This document shows, piece by piece, positions 54,707 through 63,088 of a stretch of 64,000 nt of DNA. How positions within the stretch are numbered: the stretch's first letter is position 1; every line of letters begins with the position of its first letter. The stretch is from positions 6,730-70,729 of IMG/VR virus record IMGVR_UViG_3300043313_002018. The stretch is one strand, 5' to 3'. The notes under the pieces are model-generated. The model was given only the letters and a program-made list of their open reading frames with translations. It did not search any database and was not told the origin of the DNA. This DNA is from a virus. The position numbers and the translations under genes were made by a program.

Positions 54707-55611
54707 AGGTCCTCCTGATCGGCAACCTCTCCGACCGCCGCTGCGGCTTCCAGAACTTCACCGCGCAGATGCAGCACGCGCTGCACGCCCGTGGGGACGT
54801 GGAGCTGACCATGTACGACGGCACCTACTCAGCGGTGTACGCACGCCAGCAGCTCCCCGGCCGGCATTACGACGGCTTCTTCCCAGCGAACCTGGACGAG
54901 TTCAACGTCGTGCACCTCGTCTGGAACGCCATGACGATGAACCATTATGCCGGCGCTCCGTGGTCCCTGCTCGAGGGGATCGTGCTCCGCAGCTGGTGGG
55001 ACGGCGGCCCGAGCGACGCCTCCTGCCCCTTCGAGCCCCACATGGACGTCAAGTGGAGCGACTACCCGCGGGAGGGCTACGAGTACATGGCCTACCCAGT
55101 CCCCGACTGGGTGGACGACCTGCCGGCCACCGCTCCCACCTTTACCGTGGGTTGCAGCTCTGTGCGCGGCGATGGCGTTGCCAGCGTGCGGGAGGTGTGC
55201 CAGAAGCACGGCTGGGCCCTCAACCTGCCCGAGCCCGGCCAGTGGCTGTCGATCGAGGACGAAATCCGCCGCCTCGCGCGCAGCTCGGTCAATGTCTGCT
55301 GGTACAACACCCCGCCGCTCTGGCACAACCGGGCCAGCGCGCCCAGCATGCTGATCGCGGCCCTGCGCCCGCTGCTCATCAACGACGACCCGCTGGTGGC
55401 GCACCTGCAGGGGTACACCGGCGAGCAGGGTATCTACAAGGGCAGTAAGCACGGTTGGGACTACGGCCCGAATCTTGAGGAGTGCCTGATCGCGCTGGAC
55501 ATGCTGCACCGCACCGGCGGACTCTCGACGCCGCAGCGACCGCTTTCCGACCTGAGCTGGACCCGTGCCGCCCGGCAGTTCGTGCAGACGTGGGAGGCCG
55601 CCCGTGCGTAG
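54703..55611 (+). CDS. Glycosyltransferase, GT-B-like (divergent)
   Basis: MKVLLIG...CGF.NF...NVVHL.W...SAP...IAA.RPL......SW...A..F; paralogous layout to the upstream GT. Confidence 0.6.
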   Translation: MKVLLIGNLSDRRCGFQNFTAQMQHALHARGDVELTMYDGTYSAVYARQQLPGRHYDGFFPANLDEFNVVHLVWNAMTMNHYAGAPWSLLEGIVLRSWWDGGPSDASCPFEPHMDVKWSDYPREGYEYMAYPVPDWVDDLPATAPTFTVGCSSVRGDGVASVREVCQKHGWALNLPEPGQWLSIEDEIRRLARSSVNVCWYNTPPLWHNRASAPSMLIAALRPLLINDDPLVAHLQGYTGEQGIYKGSKHGWDYGPNLEECLIALDMLHRTGGLSTPQRPLSDLSWTRAARQFVQTWEAARA

Positions 55612-56524
55612 GGTCGCCGTTACCGGGACCACCGGGTTCCTCGGGAACGCGGTGGTGCGCGCGCTCGAAGAGGGCGGGTACACGGTCCTCGTGCTGGGCG
55701 GGGTCAACCTGCTGAACGAGCACGCGACCGAGGCGGCGATTGAACGCCTGCCGGCGCACACCCCCGTCATCCACCTCGCCTACCCCGGTGGCGACGGTAT
55801 CGGCGACGCGCTCAAGCACCCGGCCACGATCGCGCTCAACCTGATGCGCATGGACCTGAACGTCATTCAGGCGTGCGCGCGGCAGCACATCTCGAAGCTG
55901 GTCTGCATCGGCTCGGTCTGCGCGTACCCGGAACGCACCAACGTCCCGACCTGCGAGGAGATGCTCTGGAGCGGCTACCCCGAGCCGGTGAACGCCAGCT
56001 ACGGCATCGTCAAGCGCACCCAGCTCGCGCTACTGCAAGCATGCCGGGACGAGTTCAACCTGAACGGCATCCACCTGATCCTGCCGAACCTCTACGGCCC
56101 CGGCGACCGCACCAAGCACGTCATCCCTGCGCTGATCGGGCGCATGCGCAAGGCCGCCCGCGACGGCGACGGCGTGGTGACCATCTGGGGCCACGGGGAC
56201 GTCAGCCGCAGCTTCCTCTACATCGACGACGCCGCGGCCGGCATTGTCCGCGCGCTCGAGCACTACAATCGTCCGGCGCCACTTAACCTGGTGAACGCCG
56301 GCGAAACCACCATGTACGAGCTCGCCCGCATCCTGCAGGTCTACACCGACTACTACGGCGGCCTGGAGTGGGACACCACCCAACCCGTCGGCCACCGGCA
56401 GCGCAACTTTTCTCAGGTCAACATGGTGCACGCGCTCGACTGGCGTCCGCGGGTCGGGCTGGCCGACGGCCTGCAGCAAACGGTCCACTGGCACCAAACC
56501 GAATACCCCACGGAGTCCCTCTAA
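55604..56524 (+). CDS. fcl: GDP-L-fucose synthase-like NAD(P)-dependent epimerase/reductase
   Basis: VTG.TGFLG, GSVCAYP, EE.LW.GYPEP.N..YG..KR, NLYGPGD, HVIPALI, IWG.G..SR.FLY.DD. Confidence 0.8.
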   Translation: MRRVAVTGTTGFLGNAVVRALEEGGYTVLVLGGVNLLNEHATEAAIERLPAHTPVIHLAYPGGDGIGDALKHPATIALNLMRMDLNVIQACARQHISKLVCIGSVCAYPERTNVPTCEEMLWSGYPEPVNASYGIVKRTQLALLQACRDEFNLNGIHLILPNLYGPGDRTKHVIPALIGRMRKAARDGDGVVTIWGHGDVSRSFLYIDDAAAGIVRALEHYNRPAPLNLVNAGETTMYELARILQVYTDYYGGLEWDTTQPVGHRQRNFSQVNMVHALDWRPRVGLADGLQQTVHWHQTEYPTESL

Positions 56525-57735
56525 TGCCGTTGCTGAGTACCGAACTGTCCGCCTGCCGCGTCTGCGGCGACACCAGCGCCATCGAGCCAGTCCTCGAACT
56601 GGGTCCGCAGAAACTCAGCGGGTTCCCGGCCAACGCCGAGGAAGCCGCCGCGGTACACACCGTGCCGCTCGATCTGCTCCACTGCAGCAACTGCGGCACG
56701 GTGCAGCTCTCCCACACCGTCAACCCGGCGCTGTTGTTCCGCGACCAGTACTGGTACGCCTCCGGCATCAACGGCATGATGCGCGAGGAGCTGCGCAACG
56801 TGGTGCGCGAGGCCCGCGGCTGGGTCAAGGTCCGCGACGGCGACTGGGTGCTGGACATTGGCGCCAACGACGGCACCCTGTTGAATGCCTGGCGCGAGCA
56901 CGCCTGGGAGGGCCGGCCGATGCGGGTAGCGGTGGAACCCTCGCCGACGTTCCGCACGGCCCTCCACGACGTCAGCGACCTCTACATCCCGGACGTCTTC
57001 CCGACGCCACTGGACATGCAGTTCAAGGTCATCACCTCGATCGCCATGTTCTACGCCGTGCCGACGCCAGTGGAGTTCGCGCAGGCCATCCGCGAGCGCC
57101 TGACTCCCGACGGCGTGTGGATCGTCCAGATGCAGGACCTGCACAACATGGTGCAGGCGACGGCGTTCGACAACATCTGCCACGAGCACCTCGCCTACTA
57201 CAGCGTGAGCAGCTTCCACGAGGTGTGCACGCGGGCCGGGCTGAAGATTGTGAGCGTCCAACCCCGCGAGATCAACGGCGGCAGCCTCCGCTTTATCGTG
57301 CAGCGGCTCGAGGAGGGGGAATCGGCCGCGCGCCCGCCGATCCGCGAGTCCCGGATTGACTGGCCGCTCTTTGAGGAGACGCTGGTGCAGCGCTGCGCGT
57401 CCCTCGCCACCATGGTCGACGCCGCGCAGTCTCACGGCCACCAGGTCGACCTGCTCGGCGCCAGCACCAAGGGCAACACGCTCCTGCAGATCGCCGGCCT
57501 CGGCCCGCACAACATCCGCCAGGCCTGGGAGCGCCACCCGGATAAGATCGGCCGGCACACGATCACCGGCATCCCGATCGTCGGCGAGGAGCAGGGTCGC
57601 CTCTCCCCGCCCGACCTGCTGGTCTGCCCGATCTGGCAGTTCCGACGCGGGATCATCGAGCGCGAGCACGACTACCTGACGGCCGGCGGGCGGATTTACT
57701 TCCCGCTGCCGGACGGGGAGATGTTTTGCGGTTAA
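56524..57735 (+). CDS. NDP-hexose C-methyltransferase (Zn-binding, SAM and C-terminal domains)
   Basis: CRVCG, LDIGANDGTLL, FDNICHEHLAYYS, INGGSLR, GASTKGNTLLQ, K.G....TGIPI. Confidence 0.85.
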   Translation: MPLLSTELSACRVCGDTSAIEPVLELGPQKLSGFPANAEEAAAVHTVPLDLLHCSNCGTVQLSHTVNPALLFRDQYWYASGINGMMREELRNVVREARGWVKVRDGDWVLDIGANDGTLLNAWREHAWEGRPMRVAVEPSPTFRTALHDVSDLYIPDVFPTPLDMQFKVITSIAMFYAVPTPVEFAQAIRERLTPDGVWIVQMQDLHNMVQATAFDNICHEHLAYYSVSSFHEVCTRAGLKIVSVQPREINGGSLRFIVQRLEEGESAARPPIRESRIDWPLFEETLVQRCASLATMVDAAQSHGHQVDLLGASTKGNTLLQIAGLGPHNIRQAWERHPDKIGRHTITGIPIVGEEQGRLSPPDLLVCPIWQFRRGIIEREHDYLTAGGRIYFPLPDGEMFCG

Positions 57736-57755
57736 TGGCAGGAGGCTGAGGTCCC

Positions 57756-58232
57756 ATGCAGAAGTTCAAGAGTCATAAAATCGTCGAGGCCGCTCGCATC
57801 GATAGCATGCAGGTCACCGGCCGCACCCGCACCCTCAAGCTGGTGAACGCGCCGCCGGTCGAAGTCGACCAGACCTGGTGCGCCAAACACCAGCCGGAAG
57901 TCGGCGGCTACTACGTCGTGTACCCTGACCACTACACCAGCTACTCCCCGGCGAAGGCGTTCGAGGACGGCTACACGGTACTCGTGGATACCGCGCCGGC
58001 CGACCTCACGGCCAAGGCCGGCAGCGACCCGATCCTCGAGTTCTTCGCCTACGAGCACCTGCCGTATCACCTGCAGGAGATTTCCCGGCCGTTCGGGGAG
58101 CTGGTGATTCGGATGGTGGGGTTGCTACCGCGGAACGCCGAGCGCTCGGCCATGTTCCGGAAGATCCTCGAGGGCAAGGACTGCGCGGTGCGCGCGAAAC
58201 TGGCGAGTCCGCCGCCGACGGTGGTGCCATGA
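57756..58232 (+). CDS. Two-domain phage protein; C-terminal helical hairpin reminiscent of Acb2/Tad1-like proteins
   Basis: N-terminal K.VEA...GGYYVVY.D.Y.S.SP.KAFE.GY; C-terminal F.Y.HLP..LQ.IS.PF...LP...ERS...RK.LE.KD.AVRA. Confidence 0.55.
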   Translation: MQKFKSHKIVEAARIDSMQVTGRTRTLKLVNAPPVEVDQTWCAKHQPEVGGYYVVYPDHYTSYSPAKAFEDGYTVLVDTAPADLTAKAGSDPILEFFAYEHLPYHLQEISRPFGELVIRMVGLLPRNAERSAMFRKILEGKDCAVRAKLASPPPTVVP

Positions 58233-59038
58233 CTGGGCTCGGCCTCGTCATCATCCCGTTTATCGACTGCCCCAACGAGACGGCGGACGCCCTGCACGAT
58301 GCCAGCTACCAGCTGGGCGGGCAGGTCCAGATCCTCCTGATCGACCAAGGCAGCGCGGACCCGACTCTGGGCACCGCCGGACTGGCGGCAGCAGATCGTC
58401 GCATCCGCGTGTGGCGTCACGCCCCGCCGCTCCCCTCCCTCGCCGCCACCTGGAACGCCGCCCTCGACTACGCTTGGGAGCTCGGGCACGAGGACGCGAT
58501 GGTCTGGAACAACGACATTCGGGTACGCGCGGGCATGTACGCCGACCTGCGCCTGCTGGCCGCCGCCCGCGATCTGTGGTTCGTCTCCCCGGTCAACTGC
58601 CGTGACGGCGACCGCGCGAGCTGGCAGACGAACCCGGAGGATATTGGGGTCAGCCTCGGTGGCCCGGACTTCAGCTGCTTCCTCATCACGCGCGCCTGCC
58701 ATGAGAAGTACCGCTTCGACGAGCGCTTCCAACCCGCGTACCACGAGGACGGCGACTACCACCGCCGTATGTGGCTCGGCGGGGACGGGGCGAAGATCGC
58801 CGGCGCGAATCTCCCCTACCTGCACTACGGCTCGCGCACGATCAACCGGAGCAACGAGGCCGCGCATGCGTTCAGTCGGCAGTTTGAAGCCTGCCGGGAA
58901 CGCTACATCCAGAAGTGGGGCGGGGTGCCGCACCATGAGCGCAAAGTGCTGCCGGATTCCGCCGAGGACTTCAGTGGGGTGGGCACGCCTGGCGGGTACC
59001 TCACGATGCCGCCGGCTATCGGCATTCCGGGGCTCTGA
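58229..59038 (+). CDS. Glycosyltransferase, GT-A (GT2-like)
   Basis: IIP, LLIDQGS, A.TWN.AL, VWNND, FDERF.PAY.EDGDY.RRM. Confidence 0.8.
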   Translation: MTGLGLVIIPFIDCPNETADALHDASYQLGGQVQILLIDQGSADPTLGTAGLAAADRRIRVWRHAPPLPSLAATWNAALDYAWELGHEDAMVWNNDIRVRAGMYADLRLLAAARDLWFVSPVNCRDGDRASWQTNPEDIGVSLGGPDFSCFLITRACHEKYRFDERFQPAYHEDGDYHRRMWLGGDGAKIAGANLPYLHYGSRTINRSNEAAHAFSRQFEACRERYIQKWGGVPHHERKVLPDSAEDFSGVGTPGGYLTMPPAIGIPGL

Positions 59039-59316
59039 TGGCGAACATCTCCCAGCTCAAGAACCTCGATACCCCCGCCGGCCGCCCGGCGCACCACCAG
59101 CAAAACCGCAGCGAGGCACAGCTGCGGCTGAAGTCCCGGGAAACGACCGACTTCCTCTACGAGTTGAGCAGCATGCTGGACAACCGTCGGTATCGGTTTG
59201 CCGGGGACACGATCGAGGGCATCTACACCACGGTGGACCACGCGGGGTACGTCACCGCGGGCCAGCGCAAGGCGATCAACAACATTCGGCGTGGGGTAGG
59301 CGAGGCGGAGCTCTGA
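59038..59316 (+). CDS. Small conserved phage protein
   Basis: FA.DTIEGI......G.VT..Q.KAI.NI. Confidence 0.6.
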   Translation: MANISQLKNLDTPAGRPAHHQQNRSEAQLRLKSRETTDFLYELSSMLDNRRYRFAGDTIEGIYTTVDHAGYVTAGQRKAINNIRRGVGEAEL

Positions 59317-59675
59317 TGGGTCCCGGCTGGCAGCTCCAAACCGTCATCGCCGACAACAGCGACGTCGGCCGCATTGCGCGCAAGCATGCCGCCGATTTCG
59401 CCTACAAGACGCAGTACTACCCCTACTACCAGGTGAACGTCAGTGTCTGCGATGGCGCGGTGCTGTTCGGCAACCCGGACGGCGCTCGGTACCTGAGTCT
59501 GCAGCGGGAGCTCCGCCGGCTGCAGAAGCCGACGATTGAGAACCCGACGGTGGCGGAGCTGCAGGATTTCATCCTGAAGTCCGGGGTGACCAAACTGTTC
59601 GTGTACGGCCCCAACACCAAGCCGGTGCGCGAGCAGGTCGACACCGTGCTACAGTCCGGCCTGCTCCCCTTCTAG
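59316..59675 (+). CDS. Degenerate circularly permuted YpsA/MoCo-carrier-like SLOG protein
   Basis: NV..CDG.VLF...KP...NPT..EL..F.......L.V.GP; the usual GGQTG motif is replaced. Confidence 0.5.
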   Translation: MGPGWQLQTVIADNSDVGRIARKHAADFAYKTQYYPYYQVNVSVCDGAVLFGNPDGARYLSLQRELRRLQKPTIENPTVAELQDFILKSGVTKLFVYGPNTKPVREQVDTVLQSGLLPF

Positions 59676-59687
59676 GGACCCCGTTCC

Positions 59688-60047
59688 ATGCCCGTGCCCG
59701 GCGCTTCCGCCACCCTGCGCGATCGCATCCTCGGCAAGATCGTCATGCCGGGACCCGCCACCCCCTGCGCCACCTGGGTCGGCGCCTACAACGTCGACGG
59801 ACGCCGCAGCGGCCGGCGCAACCGCGGCCGGCGCCCGGTGATTAGCGCCGGGGTGTTCCGCGGCCGCACGCTCTACGTGGCGCCGACCTTGCTGCAGCTG
59901 GCCGGCATTGCCCCGTCCCATCCGGCCGCCGAGGCCGGCCACCGGTGCCCCTGTGGCGTCCGCCACGACGGGCTCTACTCCTGCGTCGACCTCGACCACC
60001 TGTGCTGGGTCGATCGCACGGAGAACGAAGCGGACAAGCGGCGATGA
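59688..60047 (+). CDS. HNH (His-Cys box-like) endonuclease
   Basis: C.TW.GA...G...AGHRC...CV.LDHL.W..R.EN. Confidence 0.7.
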   Translation: MPVPGASATLRDRILGKIVMPGPATPCATWVGAYNVDGRRSGRRNRGRRPVISAGVFRGRTLYVAPTLLQLAGIAPSHPAAEAGHRCPCGVRHDGLYSCVDLDHLCWVDRTENEADKRR

Positions 60048-63000
60048 GCGTCGGCAAGCACAAACGGCCGCCGGGCTGCTTCGCCTGCCCGCTGGAACGC
60101 GCCGGTGCGGGCTACGTCCCCGGTGAGGGCCCGGTCGGGGCGCCCATCACGCTCCTCGGCGAGTTCGCCGGCTACGACGAGATCGCCATTGGCCGCCCGC
60201 TGATCGGCGCCGCCGGCGGCTTGCTCTCGCGCCTGCTCCATCGCACTTTCCGCACGCGCGAGCAATTCCGCATCGAGAACGCGGTACGCTGCTGCCCGCC
60301 CGGGCACACGCTCAAAGGCGAGTGGGCCCAGGCTGCCGCGGACCATTGCAGCCAGTACTCGAACCCCGCGCTGGAACAGAGTTCTGTTATCGTCGCCATG
60401 GGCGAGCTCGCCATCCGCCAGGCGCTCAACCTCTGGGACCCCGACGTCAAGAAGCTGGTGGAGAACTTCCACGGCACCGTCACCGATCTCCCCGACGGCC
60501 GCCGCGTGGTCTGCACGTACCACCCGAACTTCCTCCGGGGCAATATGTCCCTGTTCGGCACCGTGGCGTACGACCTCAGCGTCGCGGAAGACGTCGCCAA
60601 CGGCACCTGGCAACGCGAACCGATCACGCCGATCATCGACCCCCATCCCGCATGGGTACGTACGTACATCGACCAGTACCGCGCGGCCATCCGCTCGGGC
60701 GAACCCATCGCCCTCGTCACCGACATTGAGACGCCCGACAAGGCGAAGGGCAAGGCCGAGGACGAGCTCGACGAATCGGACCAGAGCTTCCAGGTCGATC
60801 GGGTGAACTTCAGCTACCACGACGACGAAGGCATCACCGTGCCCTACGTCGGTCCCTACATTCCGCTGGTGCACGAGCTCATCGCGCTGGGCAACCTCCA
60901 CTACCTCTGGAACGGCGACTACGACCTGCGCCGGTTGCAGCGGCTCGGGGCGCAGTTCAGCGGCGAGATCTGGGACGGCATGTGGCTCTGGCACCACTAC
61001 ATGAGCGACGTCCCCAAGGGGCTGGGGTACGTGGCGCCGTTCTGCAGCACGCACGGCGCGTGGAAGCACAAATTTAGCAGCGAGCCGGGGCTGTACGCGG
61101 CGCTCGACGGCCCGCAGACGCGGCGCAGCGTCAACCGCACCGTGGAAGCGCTCGACCTGCGCGGCCAGTGGACCATGGCGCACCGGCACACGGTACGCCT
61201 GATGCAGAACGTCCTGAAGCCGGCGCAGGTGGTCGGGATCCAGGTGGACCGGCCGGCGCTCGATGCCTTTGAGGCCGACCTCGCGGCGAAGACCAAGATT
61301 CTCCTCGGGCAACTGCAGGAATGCGTCCCCGTGGCCGAGCGTCCCCTCACCGGCGGCACCGACCACCAGGGCTTCAAGAAGCGCCCGGAAGGCCCGCACC
61401 CGAACGCCACCACGCTCAAGAAGGACGGCGTGGCGAAGAAGGGCGCGGAAGACTGGGACCCGCTGAAGGTAGAGCTGTACCAGCGGCACGCGCGGCTGGT
61501 GGAGCTCCAGGTGAGCCGGGACCTGCGGGTGTGCGTGAGCTGCGGCCAGGAAGATGTGGTTGCCAAGCACCGCTGCGCCGACAAGAAACTGACGCCCTCG
61601 GTGCAGGTGCAAGCGCGCTCCGTCGTCCGCTACTTCTGGCAGGAGCCGTTCAACCCCGACTCCCCGAAGCAGAGTCTCTCCTACATCCTCGCCCGCAAGC
61701 ACAAGCCCGGCAAGAGCAAGCAGACCAAGCAACCCTCGGCCGACCGGGAATGCCTCACGCGCCTGCGGGCCACCACGAAGGATCCCTTCTATGCCACCTT
61801 GCTTGATTATCGCGGCGTCGCCAAGGTACGCGGTACATATGCGATTGGCGTACGTAAGCGACTCGACCACGGGAACCGGTTTCACCCCGTACCGACGCTC
61901 AAGCCCAGCACCCTACGTACCAGTTACGTCTCCCCCAACATCCAGAACGTCGTCGCCGATAAGGACTCGACGAAGACGCTGGCGGCGGGCTTCCGACGCT
62001 GTATCGTCGCCGCCCCGGACTGCTGGCTGGTGGAGCTGGATTACTCCGGGATCGAGGCCATGCAGCTGGCGTGGTTCGCCCGCGACCCGGTGCTACACCG
62101 GCTGGCACGCCTGGGCATCCATGCGTACCTAGCCAGCCACCTGCTGAAGCGGCCGGCGGACCTCAACTGGAGCGATGCCGACCTGCTCGAGTACTTCCAG
62201 GAGCTCAAGAAGGGTGAGCCCTTCATGTACAACCAGGCGAAACGTACCGTGCACGGCAACGGCTACGGCATGACCCCCCAGGGCATGTTTATGATGTTCC
62301 CCGACCTGTACAAAACCGTGAAGGACGCGCAGTACGTGCAGGACCTCTACTTCGCGGTGGCGCCGGCCGTGCCGCGGCTGCAGAACGAGATTCGCCTGCG
62401 CGCGCATGACCAGACCTACATCGGCGGGCCGAAGGATGCCAAGTTCCGCAGCATTCTCGACGACCCGAACGCGCACCCCTACGGCTACCGGCACGACTTC
62501 TACGACGTGGTGACGCTGACTCCCATTGGTCCCGAGAGCAAGCGCCGCATGGAGCAGGAACGCATCCCGATCATCGAGATGAACGGCCGGCTGTACGCGG
62601 CCAAGTGGGGCCCGGACAGCAAGCGCTGCCTCGCGTTCTACCCGCAGAGCACCGCCGCCGGCAACTTGAAAGAGGCCGCGTTGTACCTCTTTGATGAGCC
62701 CGACCACCCGAGCTACATCGGCGACGCCTACTTCGGCAAGACGCCGCTCCGGGCGCCGATTCACGACAGCTTGCTGTTAGAGGTGCCCGACAAGCAGCTC
62801 GATCGGGTGCTCGAAGCCGCCTTCCGCGAGATGGTCCGCCCGATCGAGGAGCAGCCGCTCCCGGCCGCGTGGAACCTCGGGCCGTATCTGACCATTGGCG
62901 TCGAGGGCAAGCGCGGCCGCAACTGGGAGGACATGGAAAAGGTAAAGAGTCCCACCCCGTCCCAGCTCGGGCTGGACGTGCTCAACTACGTGCCGGACAA

Positions 63001-63088
63001 TTCGCTCGCGTTCGACCGCAGTTACTTCCCGGCGGTCGAAGAGGAGGAGGAAGACGTGGAAGATCTCAGGGTGGTGGTCCGTGGCTAA
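60044..63088 (+). CDS. polA: Family A DNA polymerase with an N-terminal family-4 UDG-like domain and 3'-5' exonuclease
   Basis: UDG: CFAC, GE.AG.DE...GRP.IGAAG, RCCPP, YHP. Exonuclease: DIET, WNGDYD, YAALD. Polymerase: DYSGIE, AKRTVHGNGYG, PQS, IHDSLLLE. Confidence 0.9.
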   Translation: MSVGKHKRPPGCFACPLERAGAGYVPGEGPVGAPITLLGEFAGYDEIAIGRPLIGAAGGLLSRLLHRTFRTREQFRIENAVRCCPPGHTLKGEWAQAAADHCSQYSNPALEQSSVIVAMGELAIRQALNLWDPDVKKLVENFHGTVTDLPDGRRVVCTYHPNFLRGNMSLFGTVAYDLSVAEDVANGTWQREPITPIIDPHPAWVRTYIDQYRAAIRSGEPIALVTDIETPDKAKGKAEDELDESDQSFQVDRVNFSYHDDEGITVPYVGPYIPLVHELIALGNLHYLWNGDYDLRRLQRLGAQFSGEIWDGMWLWHHYMSDVPKGLGYVAPFCSTHGAWKHKFSSEPGLYAALDGPQTRRSVNRTVEALDLRGQWTMAHRHTVRLMQNVLKPAQVVGIQVDRPALDAFEADLAAKTKILLGQLQECVPVAERPLTGGTDHQGFKKRPEGPHPNATTLKKDGVAKKGAEDWDPLKVELYQRHARLVELQVSRDLRVCVSCGQEDVVAKHRCADKKLTPSVQVQARSVVRYFWQEPFNPDSPKQSLSYILARKHKPGKSKQTKQPSADRECLTRLRATTKDPFYATLLDYRGVAKVRGTYAIGVRKRLDHGNRFHPVPTLKPSTLRTSYVSPNIQNVVADKDSTKTLAAGFRRCIVAAPDCWLVELDYSGIEAMQLAWFARDPVLHRLARLGIHAYLASHLLKRPADLNWSDADLLEYFQELKKGEPFMYNQAKRTVHGNGYGMTPQGMFMMFPDLYKTVKDAQYVQDLYFAVAPAVPRLQNEIRLRAHDQTYIGGPKDAKFRSILDDPNAHPYGYRHDFYDVVTLTPIGPESKRRMEQERIPIIEMNGRLYAAKWGPDSKRCLAFYPQSTAAGNLKEAALYLFDEPDHPSYIGDAYFGKTPLRAPIHDSLLLEVPDKQLDRVLEAAFREMVRPIEEQPLPAAWNLGPYLTIGVEGKRGRNWEDMEKVKSPTPSQLGLDVLNYVPDNSLAFDRSYFPAVEEEEEDVEDLRVVVRG

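Noticed and set aside
60044-63088. Z-genome (DpoZ/PurZ) or 7-deazaguanine modification system
   Set aside because: No purZ, datZ, mazZ, folE/queC/queD/queE or dpdA-like genes recognised.
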